Part shown: positions 46,777 through 57,100 of the stretch, piece by piece
Position numbering within the stretch: position 1 is the stretch's first letter
How the letters are laid out: each line of letters opens with the position of its first letter
Assembly: GCA_963674865.2 (NCBI GenBank)
Contig: CAXXYE010000004.1
Location: 64,001 to 128,000, forward strand
DNA from: Candidatus Hydrogenedentota bacterium
GTDB lineage: Bacteria > Hydrogenedentota > Hydrogenedentia > Hydrogenedentales > SLHB01
Length of the DNA: 64,000 bases
Reading direction: 5' to 3'
Position numbers and translations under genes: made by a program
Notes under the pieces: model-generated
What the model was told of the DNA's origin: nothing
What the model saw: only the letters and a program-made list of their open reading frames with translations
Database searches by the model: none

Positions 46777-49050
46777 TCACCCTCCCAGCGCGGCGCGGGC
46801 GAGTTTCAACGCGGTGTCCTTGCCGTGGTTTCCGGCCTCGAGCGCCGTACCCACGCAACTCGGGCAGCCTTCCTTGCACGGGCACTCCGTCAGGAGCGAT
46901 ATCGCGGCTTCGAGAAGCCGCCTGTGATGGGTGTACAACTTGTCGCTGAATCCCACGCCGCCGGGATAGACCTCGTAGAGGTAAATGCTTGGCTGGCCCG
47001 AAAACGGCGCCCGCACCATGGGCTGCGCGCGGATATCGCTCGGATCGCACAACACCAGCACGGGCGCCACCTGCCGTAGCGAATTCGCCAGGGCGTGCAG
47101 CGCTTCACCCACTTCCTTCTCCTCGAGTCCGTACCGCTCGCCGGTATCTTCAGGAAACGCCAGCCAATACGCCGACGTGTGCATCGTGGACTCGGGCAAA
47201 TGGATCTCGCCCCATCCGACGTTTTCGTGCGTGCCGAACTTGATCTTCTTGTACATCGTCGGCAGCCACGTCACGCTGACCTCACCGAAGTTCCTCTCGG
47301 CGCCGCCCACTGACTCGTTATGGAAGCAGTCCAACACCTTCAGATCGACTTTCACCTGCGCGTCCGTGTAGTAATCGACCTCCACCGGCCGCGCGTACGC
47401 CTTGCGATCCTCGAGATCCAAGTCCTCGATGGTGTACTGGGCGCTTTGGTGCATGTATACCGCGTTTTGATATACCTCAACCGGCGCCGAGAAGAGGTCC
47501 ACCTCGCCGATCACGCGCCCATTATCCGACGTGTCCAGGATGACGACATTCCCCGGGGCGGCCGTCCGCAGGCTGATCTCCTCCGCGGGATACGTATCTG
47601 CGCTCCAGTGCCATTTCCCGCCGACATGGCGCAGCACTCGATTCTCCGCCAGATACTCGAGGATCTCGTGAGTCGAGGCCGCGTCCAGGCCAAAGGCCTC
47701 CCCGTCCTCAAAGGGCAATTCAAAGGCCGCGCACTTGATGTGGCTCGCCACGATGATGAGGTTCTTCGAGTCTATCGTGCCGCTCTCCGGCGGCTGATCG
47801 AAGAAGTACTCGGGATGATTGATGATGTATTGATCCAAGGGCGAACTCGTGGCAACCATCACCACCAGCGACACGCCCGAGCGCCGGCCTGCGCGCCCGG
47901 CCTGCTGCCACGTGCTCGCCACGCTCCCCGGATAGCCCGTCATCATGCACACGTCCAGTGAACCGATGTCGATGCCGAGTTCCAGGGCATTCGTGCTGAC
48001 GACAGTCATGATATCCCCATCCCTTAAGCCCCGCTCGATCTCCCGGCGCTCCGTGGGGAGGTAGCCGCTGCGATAGCCGCGCACCAGGTTGTGATCCTTC
48101 GAGAGCCGCCGCACCGCGTCCTTGAGGTACGTCGTCAGAATCTCCACCCGGAGCCGGCTCCTGGCAAACACAATCGACTGAATATCCCGCGAAAGGAACT
48201 GCGTGGCCAACCGGCTGACCTCCTTCACCGAGGATTTGCGAATGCCTAGCTCCGCGTTCACGACGGGCGGATTGTAGAACAGGAAATGCCGCTCGCCCGT
48301 GGGCGCCCCGTTCTCGTCAATAAGGTGGATGGGCTTCTCGACGATCCGCTCCGCCATCTCCCTCGGATTCTCGATAGTCGCGCTGCAACAGATGAACTGC
48401 GGATCCGAGCCGTAGAACGCGCAAATCCGCTTCATTCGCCGCAGCACGTTGGCCAAATGGCTCCCGAACACGCCGCGGTAATGGTGGATTTCATCGATGA
48501 CGACGAACTCCAGGTTCTCGAACAAGCGCAGCCAGATCGTGTGGTGCGGCAGGATGCCCGTGTGCAGCATGTCCGGATTCGTGACGATGATATGGCCCGC
48601 GGCGCGGACGGCCTTACGCGCCGATGCCGGCGTATCCCCATCGAAGGTGTACGTCCCGATCTTGACGCCCAGCTCGTCAATCGTGCCCGTGAGTTCGTTC
48701 ACCTGATCCTGCGAGAGCGCCTTGGTGGGGAACAGGTAGAGCGCCCGCGCCTTCGGATTGCTCATGATGCGATTCAGCACCGGCAGGTTATAGCAGAGCG
48801 TCTTCCCCGACGCCGTCGGCGTCACCACGCAGACGTGTTCGCCAGCCAAGACGGCCTCCGCCGCCTCACGCTGGTGCGTGTAGAGATCATTGATCCCGCG
48901 ATTCTTCAGCGCCGTGACGAGCGTGGGATCCAAGCCCGGCGGGAATCCCGCATAACGCGCTGGACGCGCCGGTACCGTATGCCACGTCGTCAGATTCCGG
49001 CTAAACTGAGGATCTGCCTTCAAACGCTCCACAACTTGAGCGACGTTCAT
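46777..49050 (-). CDS. DEAD/DEAH helicase with DUF1998 (YprA/MrfA/Hrq1-like)
   Basis: PTASGKT, FPTKAL.QDQ, DEIH, SAT, TNALELGIDIG, QQAGRAGR, C-terminal C..CPC..GCPSC. Confidence 0.93.
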   Translation of the reverse strand: MNVAQVVERLKADPQFSRNLTTWHTVPARPARYAGFPPGLDPTLVTALKNRGINDLYTHQREAAEAVLAGEHVCVVTPTASGKTLCYNLPVLNRIMSNPKARALYLFPTKALSQDQVNELTGTIDELGVKIGTYTFDGDTPASARKAVRAAGHIIVTNPDMLHTGILPHHTIWLRLFENLEFVVIDEIHHYRGVFGSHLANVLRRMKRICAFYGSDPQFICCSATIENPREMAERIVEKPIHLIDENGAPTGERHFLFYNPPVVNAELGIRKSSVKEVSRLATQFLSRDIQSIVFARSRLRVEILTTYLKDAVRRLSKDHNLVRGYRSGYLPTERREIERGLRDGDIMTVVSTNALELGIDIGSLDVCMMTGYPGSVASTWQQAGRAGRRSGVSLVVMVATSSPLDQYIINHPEYFFDQPPESGTIDSKNLIIVASHIKCAAFELPFEDGEAFGLDAASTHEILEYLAENRVLRHVGGKWHWSADTYPAEEISLRTAAPGNVVILDTSDNGRVIGEVDLFSAPVEVYQNAVYMHQSAQYTIEDLDLEDRKAYARPVEVDYYTDAQVKVDLKVLDCFHNESVGGAERNFGEVSVTWLPTMYKKIKFGTHENVGWGEIHLPESTMHTSAYWLAFPEDTGERYGLEEKEVGEALHALANSLRQVAPVLVLCDPSDIRAQPMVRAPFSGQPSIYLYEVYPGGVGFSDKLYTHHRRLLEAAISLLTECPCKEGCPSCVGTALEAGNHGKDTALKLARAALGG

Positions 49051-49338
49051 GCTGGACTACCTCTTCTTTGCACCGACATCTGAATATTACATCAGTAGAT
49101 CGAAAAGCACAACTGTGGCTAATCAAGATGGCGCCAGCACGAACTTGCCGGGAAGCGAGAAAGCGGGACTATCATAGTTGGAGGAAGGCGCGAGCTGGTG
49201 TGTCACGTGTCTGCCATATTTCATGAAATAGTCCCACCGGGACGCCCAAATCCCGCCAATCCTGTCGAGATTTAGCCCCGCCCGTGAGCCCTTCTCTGCC
49301 CACTGACTGTGCTGGCTACTGTCCAAGGGTGTGCCGGT

Positions 49339-50622
49339 TCAGGGGGCGGACTCTCGCCCGAAGCTGTAGGCGATTTCCTTGTCGAGGAGGGCGTAGGTGC
49401 GTCGGAAATTGCGGCGGAGGGCCTCTTCCGGCGGCATGCTCTGAGATAGGGCCGTCAGCATGTTGAGCATGTTGCGCCGCCCGAAGCTGTCGAGGAGGAA
49501 CTGGACGGTTGCGAATGCCTGCCGGTAGGCGATGTGCAAGACGCCTGGCGGGAGCTTGGCGAGTTGGCTGTCTTCGAGATTAGCGAGACTGAAGAGCTGG
49601 CCGTTATCACGCGCGCGGCGCAAGGTGAGCATGTCCGCGTCCGTGAGCTTCTCCGAGTACGCCTGGGCGAGGCCTTCGTTCAGCCACCAAGGTACGTTGT
49701 CGCCCACAAGGTAACGCACAATCACGTGGACGTACTCGTGGTAGAGGCGGCGTTCGAGTTCTTCGGGGGGAATGGCTGCGCCCGACTTATCCCGTAGGGG
49801 CACGCGGATCTTGCCGTCGTACACGGCGCCCACGTGTTCGCCGAGCAAGGTTGCGTTCGAGAACTGCTCGGCGGTGTAGATGATCACCGGGACGGGATCG
49901 CGCGGATAGACGCCGCCGAACTGCTGCCCGATATCGCGGTAGGCCCGGTCTAGGATGGTGCGAACCTGTCCGAGATCGTGGCCGGGCGTGCCGCGTGTGA
50001 AGCTGATGTCGAAGTGACGCGTGCCGGACTTGGCGAAGTTGTACTCGACGCCGTTTTCACGGTTGGCCTTGCTGAGCTTGTCGCTCAGGCCGCGGCGATT
50101 AGGATCGCGCTGCGCGACCCACTGCCATTGCGTCAGCGCCGAGGCCAGGTCATTCACGGCGTAATAAGCGTCCCCGAGAAGGTCGTGGGCGTCCACATTC
50201 TCCGGATCGAGGTCGAGCGCTTCCTGCAATCGGTACATGGCTTCCGCCACATAGCTGACGCGCAGGTAGTAGGCCCCGAGTTGGATCAAGGGGGACGGAT
50301 TCTCAGGATCGATAGGAATGGCGAACTCCGAGAGCAGCCGGCAGGCATTGGCGTAGTCGCCGACCTTGGCAAAATCGTTGGCACTGGCCTGGTAGGCGTT
50401 GCAGAGGTTGCGCCGAACGGTGGTGTTGTCGGGAACGAGGGCATGGGCCTGCAAGAAGGCCTGGATGGCGTCATCCCACCGCTTCGCCTCGTAATGCTCG
50501 ATTCCCTGGGCGTTGTATTCGACGGCCGTTGCGCCTTCCGCCCGCGCGGCAAGGCACGCACACAGTCCTGCAAGAAAGATGAGCGCCGCTACGGCGGGCC
50601 GCCTTATTCGAGGATACATCAT
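49339..50622 (-). CDS. TPR protein with peptidase MA-like domain
   Basis: Signal peptide, TPRs, HEYVH...P.WLNEGLA. Confidence 0.8.
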   Translation of the reverse strand: MMYPRIRRPAVAALIFLAGLCACLAARAEGATAVEYNAQGIEHYEAKRWDDAIQAFLQAHALVPDNTTVRRNLCNAYQASANDFAKVGDYANACRLLSEFAIPIDPENPSPLIQLGAYYLRVSYVAEAMYRLQEALDLDPENVDAHDLLGDAYYAVNDLASALTQWQWVAQRDPNRRGLSDKLSKANRENGVEYNFAKSGTRHFDISFTRGTPGHDLGQVRTILDRAYRDIGQQFGGVYPRDPVPVIIYTAEQFSNATLLGEHVGAVYDGKIRVPLRDKSGAAIPPEELERRLYHEYVHVIVRYLVGDNVPWWLNEGLAQAYSEKLTDADMLTLRRARDNGQLFSLANLEDSQLAKLPPGVLHIAYRQAFATVQFLLDSFGRRNMLNMLTALSQSMPPEEALRRNFRRTYALLDKEIAYSFGRESAP

Positions 50623-50633
50623 GCTACTGGACG

Positions 50634-51017
50634 TTACCTGAGCAAGGCAATAGCCTCGACCTCAACCTGAGTGTCCAAGGGCAAACGCGCCGCCTGAACA
50701 CACGACCGCGCAGGGCAATCGGCCACAAAATACTCCTTGTATATTTCGTTGAAAGCGCTGAATTGGCTCATGTCTGCAAGGAATACGGTGACTTTCACGA
50801 CCTTGTCGAGTCCCGAGCCGCAATCTTCGAGAATCGTTTTCAGATTTGAGAGAGTTTGGCGAACCTGGTTTTCAAAAGGCCCACCTACAACGCCCGAGCC
50901 GTCCGGCGCGAGTGGCCCTTGGCCCGAAACAAACAGGAAGTCGCCTGCCGCGACCGCATGGGAATAGGGCCCCAGCGCGGCGGCTGCGTTTGGCGATGAA
51001 AGGCATCGCTTGTCCAT
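50634..51017 (-). CDS. RidA/YjgF family enamine/imine deaminase
   Basis: GPYS.A, SGQ, VVKVTVFL.DM..F...N, PARS.V...LP...VE.E; RBS GGAGG. Confidence 0.93.
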   Translation of the reverse strand: MDKRCLSSPNAAAALGPYSHAVAAGDFLFVSGQGPLAPDGSGVVGGPFENQVRQTLSNLKTILEDCGSGLDKVVKVTVFLADMSQFSAFNEIYKEYFVADCPARSCVQAARLPLDTQVEVEAIALLR

Positions 51018-51080
51018 AGTTCTCCTCCGTTCCAAGTGTCAGAACGCTTGTCCAAACGGTACCACACGGACTGGAGGCCG

Positions 51081-52307
51081 TCAAACGATCCTGCGCGCCT
51101 TTCGGTGGCCATAGGCAAGCAGCGCCCATTGGATCGGGAAGGCTACCAGTAGAAGCAGCGGCGCCCAGCGAAACGCCACCGTCACGCCCAACCAGCCCGC
51201 CAACAGGCCGAAGCCCATGGATCCCACAAAGCTTCCCGTTCCCACGGCCCCCTCATTGACTGCGGCGCGCTGGTGTTTTTTTCTTCTGTCCATCATCCCG
51301 TAGAAGGCCGCGGAGCAGAACGCCAGACCGCCGTTGAGGCCGAGGATTATGAAGCACGCCGCCATCAGAAGGATGCTTTGCGTACTAGCCATGAGCCAGT
51401 AAGCCGCGACCGCGGCCGCTTGAGCCACAAGGATAGGCCACAGCTTATATTGCCAGCGGTGGGTGTGTCCCATGAGGACGAATCCTCCCGCTCGCGAGGC
51501 GTTCATCGAGAAGGCGAGCCAGGAGAACACGGTGGCGCCGGCGATGGCGGGAACGATGGCCGGCGAAGCATCCCACAGCCACGCGAGTTGGCCCGCGGCG
51601 GCCAATTCATCCACGCGCTTCGGAAACACCGATCGACTTGCCCCCACCAGGATCCACCCAATGAAATTGGCGAACCATGCCGCGTAGAGATAGGTTTCGC
51701 TGGCGGCCACATCCTTTGCGCCTGTTCGCTCCGTGGCTTCATCCGGCTCGACGATGTGCTTCTTCTCATGCGGCAGGGAGATCTGAAGTAGCAGGGAAAG
51801 GCCTGCCAGCGTGAAGACGAGGACAAAGGGGAGCCGGTAGTCCAGGTCGTATAGCGGCCCGGCCAGGAGGGGGCCAATGGCAAGGCCGCCGCTCCACGAG
51901 AGATTGTAGTAGGCCATGCGCCGTGAGCGGCGTTTGGGATCCGGTTCGGCCCCGAGCCATGACCACATCGCCGGCCACACAAAGGCTAGCGAGCCGAATC
52001 CGAGCATTGAGACGACAGCATAAAGGTAAGGATTCCTGAACACGGGCGCAATGCTGAAGAGTAAGGCATAGCAAGCCGTTCCCAGGTAGGCCCAGCGCAG
52101 GCCGTTCTTGGTACGCGCCACAAAGGTCGAGGAGATGACGCTCCCCACGCCGTAGAGTCCTGATTGGAGGGCGGCGATCATCCCCGACATACGCGCCGCC
52201 CCGCCGAGCTCGTGATAGATGAAGAAGGGCATGGCCGTTGCGCCGGCCATGATGGCGCAATCGAGGAAGAACGCGGCTAGGCAATGTCGAATGTAGGGAT
52301 TACGCAT
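51081..52307 (-). CDS. MFS transporter
   Basis: About 12 hydrophobic segments, G...GP..AG motif. Confidence 0.8.
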   Translation of the reverse strand: MRNPYIRHCLAAFFLDCAIMAGATAMPFFIYHELGGAARMSGMIAALQSGLYGVGSVISSTFVARTKNGLRWAYLGTACYALLFSIAPVFRNPYLYAVVSMLGFGSLAFVWPAMWSWLGAEPDPKRRSRRMAYYNLSWSGGLAIGPLLAGPLYDLDYRLPFVLVFTLAGLSLLLQISLPHEKKHIVEPDEATERTGAKDVAASETYLYAAWFANFIGWILVGASRSVFPKRVDELAAAGQLAWLWDASPAIVPAIAGATVFSWLAFSMNASRAGGFVLMGHTHRWQYKLWPILVAQAAAVAAYWLMASTQSILLMAACFIILGLNGGLAFCSAAFYGMMDRRKKHQRAAVNEGAVGTGSFVGSMGFGLLAGWLGVTVAFRWAPLLLLVAFPIQWALLAYGHRKARRIV

Positions 52308-52403
52308 GGCCGCGGGAGTCTAAGGTTTTCGCGGGTCGAGGTCAAGCAAGTGACGCGAGGCGAACGGCAGAACACCCAAACCAGGCACAAGGCCCCGTTT
52401 TCA

Positions 52404-52432
52404 TTGCGCCCCCCATGGCCCCATGCTATACT
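52404..52432 (+). promoter_or_regulatory. Sigma70-type promoter upstream of the pfkB-family gene
   Basis: TTGCGC-N17-TATACT with extended TG. Confidence 0.5.
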
Positions 52433-52489
52433 CACGCCGCGGAGTGAAGGGCTTGGGGACACGACTTCAGTCAGAGGCGTTTACCATCT

Positions 52490-53422
52490 GTGGCGTTTGA
52501 TCTTACAACAATCGGAATCGTCTGCGCTGACGTGATGGTTCGGCCTATCGACGCCCTGCCCGAGCGCGGAAAACTGGCGCTGGTGCCTCATTTCGAGCTT
52601 CACATGGGGGGGCTGGCCGCCGTTACCGCCACCGTGTTCTCCCAGCTTGGCGGCGAGGCCGCCTTCATCGGCGCCGTGGGGGCCGATGGCTTCGGCGATC
52701 ACATCATCAACTCCCTTACCTGGCAACAAGTCAACATCGATCGCGTCAGGCGCACAGCCGATTTCAACACCTCGGCCACTGTGGCGCTCATCAGCGATGA
52801 CGGCGAGCGGACCTTTCTCCATCACGTGGGGGCGAACGGAACGGTATCCGAAGACGATGTGGATGCTGAGATTCTCCATGAGACATCGATACTCCACTGG
52901 GGCGGCCCCGGGGTGACGCCCGGACTCGACGGCGAGCCCATCGGGCGCGTTATGGAACGCGCGCGAGCGGCCGGTGTAACCACTTCGATGGACACGTGTT
53001 ACGATGGGAGCGGGCTCTGGTTTCCGCGCATAGAGTATGCCTTGCCTCACCTCGACATCGCCATGATGAGCATCGAGGAGGCGCGCCTTTACACCGGCAA
53101 AGACACGCCGGAAGCCATCAGTGCCTTCCTCCGCTCGTTTGGCGTCGAGACGGTGATGATCAAGCTCGGAGGGGACGGCGTCTTCGTACAAAACTCGGCC
53201 GCCGCGCACCGGATCCCCGCGCATAAGGTCGAGGTCGTGGACTCAACTGGGGCCGGGGACGCCGCCTGCGGTGGATTTCTATACGGCCACGGCCAGGGGT
53301 GGGACCTGGAGACATGTGGGAGGCTGGCGAACGCCGTTGGTGGCCTGACGGTTCAGGTGTTCGGCGGCGCCGAGGGCGTCAACTCGCTGGATGAGACACT
53401 GGCTTTCATGGACGGCGCGTAG
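52490..53422 (+). CDS. PfkB-family carbohydrate kinase
   Basis: G.VG.DGFG and VDSTGAGDA signatures. Confidence 0.92.
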   Translation: MAFDLTTIGIVCADVMVRPIDALPERGKLALVPHFELHMGGLAAVTATVFSQLGGEAAFIGAVGADGFGDHIINSLTWQQVNIDRVRRTADFNTSATVALISDDGERTFLHHVGANGTVSEDDVDAEILHETSILHWGGPGVTPGLDGEPIGRVMERARAAGVTTSMDTCYDGSGLWFPRIEYALPHLDIAMMSIEEARLYTGKDTPEAISAFLRSFGVETVMIKLGGDGVFVQNSAAAHRIPAHKVEVVDSTGAGDAACGGFLYGHGQGWDLETCGRLANAVGGLTVQVFGGAEGVNSLDETLAFMDGA

Positions 53423-53428
53423 AGGAAC

Positions 53429-55993
53429 ATGGGCTCAATGAGCATCGGAAGACGACGGTTATGGGGGAGAGTCGGTTCAGAGGCGCGCGCTGTCATAGGC
53501 GCGGGGGCGGCCTCCATGCTCGCAGGTTGGATCGCCGTTTGTGCGGGGGGGAGTGCCTTGGCGCAGACGGACTCCAACGCCGCCGCAACCGAGGTGAAGC
53601 CGCCGCGCGCGAACTTCGGGCGGATTCCTCTTGGCAGTGCTGAGCCCCATGCCCCAAGGCCCGGACGGCGCCCTGAGGCGTCGCCGGAGCTGAAGGAAGA
53701 GCGCCAGACTCTTAGCGAAGCGTTTGCGGACGCCCTTAGTGTCGGCTCGGCCGGCGTCGGATTTTCCATGCCTGACCTGGATCGGCTCGAACTGGAAGGG
53801 GCCGAAGCCGACGCATTCGAGTACTTCTGGGAAGACGAGAGCGTCGAGATGACGGGGAATGTGCGGTTTCGCCTCCAGGATATCCATTTCTCTGCGGACA
53901 CCCTTGTCTTGAAGGAAGACTGGGCCGAGATTCATGCGCTGGGCAACGTGGTGGTGCAACAGGGCGAATCCACGGTGTGGGCCGATGAGATCATCTACAC
54001 GCCCGCTCCCTTGACGGAGCTCGAGCAGCCTTTGATTGATGCCTCGCCCTCGGGTGAGGACCGGGAACGCCTCCGGCTAGGAACCGTTGAAGGCAAGCGG
54101 ATGCACCTGGCCGATCCGACGCGGGAGCTTCAAGCCGAGGAGTTCGCTCACGACGGGACGACAAGGGCAGGCGCCTTCCGCGCCGTCAAAGGCCATACGG
54201 GCGGATACTACTTCACGGCCGGGGAGATCCTCTTCTCCGGGCCGGGAACCGGCAAAGGCCACGATGTAACCATCAGTACATGCGATCATGACCCGCCGCA
54301 CTACTGCATCCACTTCACGGATGTCGAAGTCGAGCGGGGCGAGATTGTTCGAGGAAGCAACGCGCAACTCCAGTTCGGGCGGTTGAAGACTCCCCTCTAC
54401 TGGCCGCGCTGGTCGTACCGTATGGGCGCACCGGGCGCCATCAGTGTGGATTTCGACAGCGGCAGGCGCGCCGCCATCGGCTACTACGTCAATGTTGCCC
54501 AGCGCTTCGGCGTAGCGCCCGGCGTGGACCTCGGCGTTCGGCTGTTTCCGACTACCAAGGAAGGCGTTGGACTCGGCCTGGAGGGGAACTACGACTTCAT
54601 GGACAAGCCGGCCTCGCGCCTTTTCCGCAGCGCCGGCACCTGGCACACCATGTACACGACGGAAGACCGTGGCTTCACGGAGTGGTACCACCGCTACGAG
54701 CCGCATGAGGACACCGTGGCGCTCATGCAGGTCGAGCATTGGTACGACAGAGATTTCGTCAAAGACTTCTACTATGATCGGTATCGGGACAGGACGGAGC
54801 CTAGAACCTTCGCGAACCTCACCTATACCAGGCCCGGCTACCTTGTTACCGGGACTGTCCGGAAGCGCACCGACAACTTCGTCTCCGAAACCGAGTACGC
54901 GCCCGAGATAACCTATCACCTTCTTGAGCGTCCCATTGCCGAGAGACTCTACTTCACCTTTGATACGGTGAACGGCTACAACGAGCGCGAGCCCTCAGGC
55001 ACGCACGCGCTGCGTCTGATCAATGTGGCCCGGCTGAGTTGGGATGGCGAGTTGTCCGACGCCCTGAACTTCGTACCATTCGTTGAAGCGGAGGCGGCTG
55101 CGTATTCGGAGAAGCGCGAGAGCGAGGACCCGGGATACCGATTCTCCAGCACCTTCGGCACGACCTTCCAGACGCGCTTCCACAAAACCTATCCCGGCCG
55201 CTTCGGATTCGCCGCGTTCAAGCATGTCGTGGTGCCGTCTATCACCTATTCCTACCGGCCGGAAACCAGCAGCCTCGACGTGGAAGAGACGCCCCGCTTC
55301 GACGCCCTCGACAACATGTACGGCCGTAGCCGCGTCGAGAGCAAGATCGCCAATATTGTCTTCGGGAAGGATGCCAAGACGGGCGAGGTCTGGCAGGTGG
55401 CCCGGATGACGCTTTACCAGGGCAACGATTTCTGGAACGAGTTGCGCAAGGCCGAGGACTACGAGATCGAACTCGACCTGCGCCCGCGGCCCTGGTGGGG
55501 ACTCCAAGTAGCCGGCGAGCGCCACAGTATCGCGAAGGATTACGATCTTGACGAGCCCTTCTTCGTCGAGCGAACGCTGCTTCAGGCGTACGAGCGGATA
55601 CTGGGGCGGCCCTTCGACCAGGAGAAGGCCTACGAATTCAATGCCCGCTACGGTGACTACGACCGCCTCTTGGCGTACCTGTACTACGATGATCCCAGCG
55701 AAAAGCGCGGCTTCAACGGCCGGGTCGGCTTCGCGTATACGAAGACGCAGGACCGCACGTTCAATCGCGAAGTACTTTACGGAGTCGGATACAAGCTGGG
55801 GGAGAGGTGGGGCGTGGCCATGGAGCACCGCTACGACTTCGAGCGGGACGAGCTCTACCGGCAGAGCTACGAATTGCGCCGCGACCTACACTGCTGGGAG
55901 GCCGCCATCCGCTTCACCGACCGCCCCTCCGGCTGGGATATCAACCTGCAATTCACCATCAAGGCCCTGCCAGGTATAAAACTCAAGTTCTAG
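53429..55993 (+). CDS. lptD: LPS-assembly protein LptD-like outer membrane protein
   Basis: OstA-like N-terminus (GNV, A.GNV), STC....P.Y, beta-barrel, ..HCW near the C-terminus, terminal F. Confidence 0.75.
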   Translation: MGSMSIGRRRLWGRVGSEARAVIGAGAASMLAGWIAVCAGGSALAQTDSNAAATEVKPPRANFGRIPLGSAEPHAPRPGRRPEASPELKEERQTLSEAFADALSVGSAGVGFSMPDLDRLELEGAEADAFEYFWEDESVEMTGNVRFRLQDIHFSADTLVLKEDWAEIHALGNVVVQQGESTVWADEIIYTPAPLTELEQPLIDASPSGEDRERLRLGTVEGKRMHLADPTRELQAEEFAHDGTTRAGAFRAVKGHTGGYYFTAGEILFSGPGTGKGHDVTISTCDHDPPHYCIHFTDVEVERGEIVRGSNAQLQFGRLKTPLYWPRWSYRMGAPGAISVDFDSGRRAAIGYYVNVAQRFGVAPGVDLGVRLFPTTKEGVGLGLEGNYDFMDKPASRLFRSAGTWHTMYTTEDRGFTEWYHRYEPHEDTVALMQVEHWYDRDFVKDFYYDRYRDRTEPRTFANLTYTRPGYLVTGTVRKRTDNFVSETEYAPEITYHLLERPIAERLYFTFDTVNGYNEREPSGTHALRLINVARLSWDGELSDALNFVPFVEAEAAAYSEKRESEDPGYRFSSTFGTTFQTRFHKTYPGRFGFAAFKHVVVPSITYSYRPETSSLDVEETPRFDALDNMYGRSRVESKIANIVFGKDAKTGEVWQVARMTLYQGNDFWNELRKAEDYEIELDLRPRPWWGLQVAGERHSIAKDYDLDEPFFVERTLLQAYERILGRPFDQEKAYEFNARYGDYDRLLAYLYYDDPSEKRGFNGRVGFAYTKTQDRTFNREVLYGVGYKLGERWGVAMEHRYDFERDELYRQSYELRRDLHCWEAAIRFTDRPSGWDINLQFTIKALPGIKLKF

Positions 55994-56163
55994 TTTGGCC
56001 GGGCCTCGGAGCCGTCATCGTGGTGGAACCAGGCCCCCGCCAACGATCCCTGTTGTACATTCCGCCGGCTTGCGGTAGAATCCTGCGCGATTGGAGGCAG
56101 GGGAGTGTTCCGCGGCGGAAGGGGCGACGTGAAGCCGCGGGGCACGAGCGGAAAGGACCTCGT

Positions 56164-57099
56164 ATGCTTATCGTGCCGACGGGCGACATTGTGCGCCGTT
56201 CCAGGGGCAATCCCATCATCACCATCGAGGATGTGAGCTTCCGTGTAGCCGATATCTGTACGGCGGGGGCGATCAAGCTGGATGGCGACTACATTCTCCT
56301 CATCACCATCCAGAGCCTCGAAGGGCTGGCCGCCATCTACCCCGCACGCAGCCGCGACGGCTACACGTTCACGGTGAGCGATACGCCGATCCTCGAGCCC
56401 GCCCGCGAAGGGCCGGCCGCGGCGTACACCCACCTGGGCGTCATGGACGCCCGCATTACGTGCCACGAAGGGACTTACTACATCCTCTACGACGCAGTGG
56501 GGCGGCATGGATACCGACTCGCCATCGCCCGCACAGAGGATTTCACAACCGCCGAGAGCCTGGGCTTCATTTCAGAGCCTGACACCAAGGGGGGCGGCCT
56601 TTTCCCCAAGAAGATCAAGGGAAAATTCGCGCGTATCGAACGGCCCTGGCATGGCGGCAGCATATGGTTGAGCTATTCCGACGACCTCAAATACTGGGGG
56701 TGGTCGGAGGTCGTTATGACGCCCCGGGGCGGTTTCTGGGACACAAGCCGCATCGGAGTTGCGACGCCGCCCATGGAGATCGATGAAGGCTGGCTCATCA
56801 TTTACTATGGCGTGAAAGAGACCTCGGCCGGGCCTTTGTTTCGGCTTGGCGCCGCCGTCCTGGACGCAGAGGACCCCAGTGTCGTCAAGTTCCGCACAAA
56901 CATCCCGATCCTGTCACCGCGCGAGGAATACGAACGCATCGGCGACGTGCCCAACCTCGTATTCTCCTGCGGGGCCATTCTTGAGCGCAATGGTGAGGTC
57001 AAGCTGTACTATGGCGCGTCCAACTCGTGCGTCTGCATCGGGACGACGAGCGTGGACGCCATACTGACGGCTTGTCAGGAAAGCGACAAGGAGTTCTAG
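56164..57099 (+). CDS. GH130 glycoside phosphorylase/hydrolase, divergent copy
   Basis: GNPI, DAR, FP.KI.G...R.ERP, GW..IYYG, E..GDVPN.VF.CG, YYGA. Confidence 0.85.
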   Translation: MLIVPTGDIVRRSRGNPIITIEDVSFRVADICTAGAIKLDGDYILLITIQSLEGLAAIYPARSRDGYTFTVSDTPILEPAREGPAAAYTHLGVMDARITCHEGTYYILYDAVGRHGYRLAIARTEDFTTAESLGFISEPDTKGGGLFPKKIKGKFARIERPWHGGSIWLSYSDDLKYWGWSEVVMTPRGGFWDTSRIGVATPPMEIDEGWLIIYYGVKETSAGPLFRLGAAVLDAEDPSVVKFRTNIPILSPREEYERIGDVPNLVFSCGAILERNGEVKLYYGASNSCVCIGTTSVDAILTACQESDKEF

Positions 57100-57100
57100 C

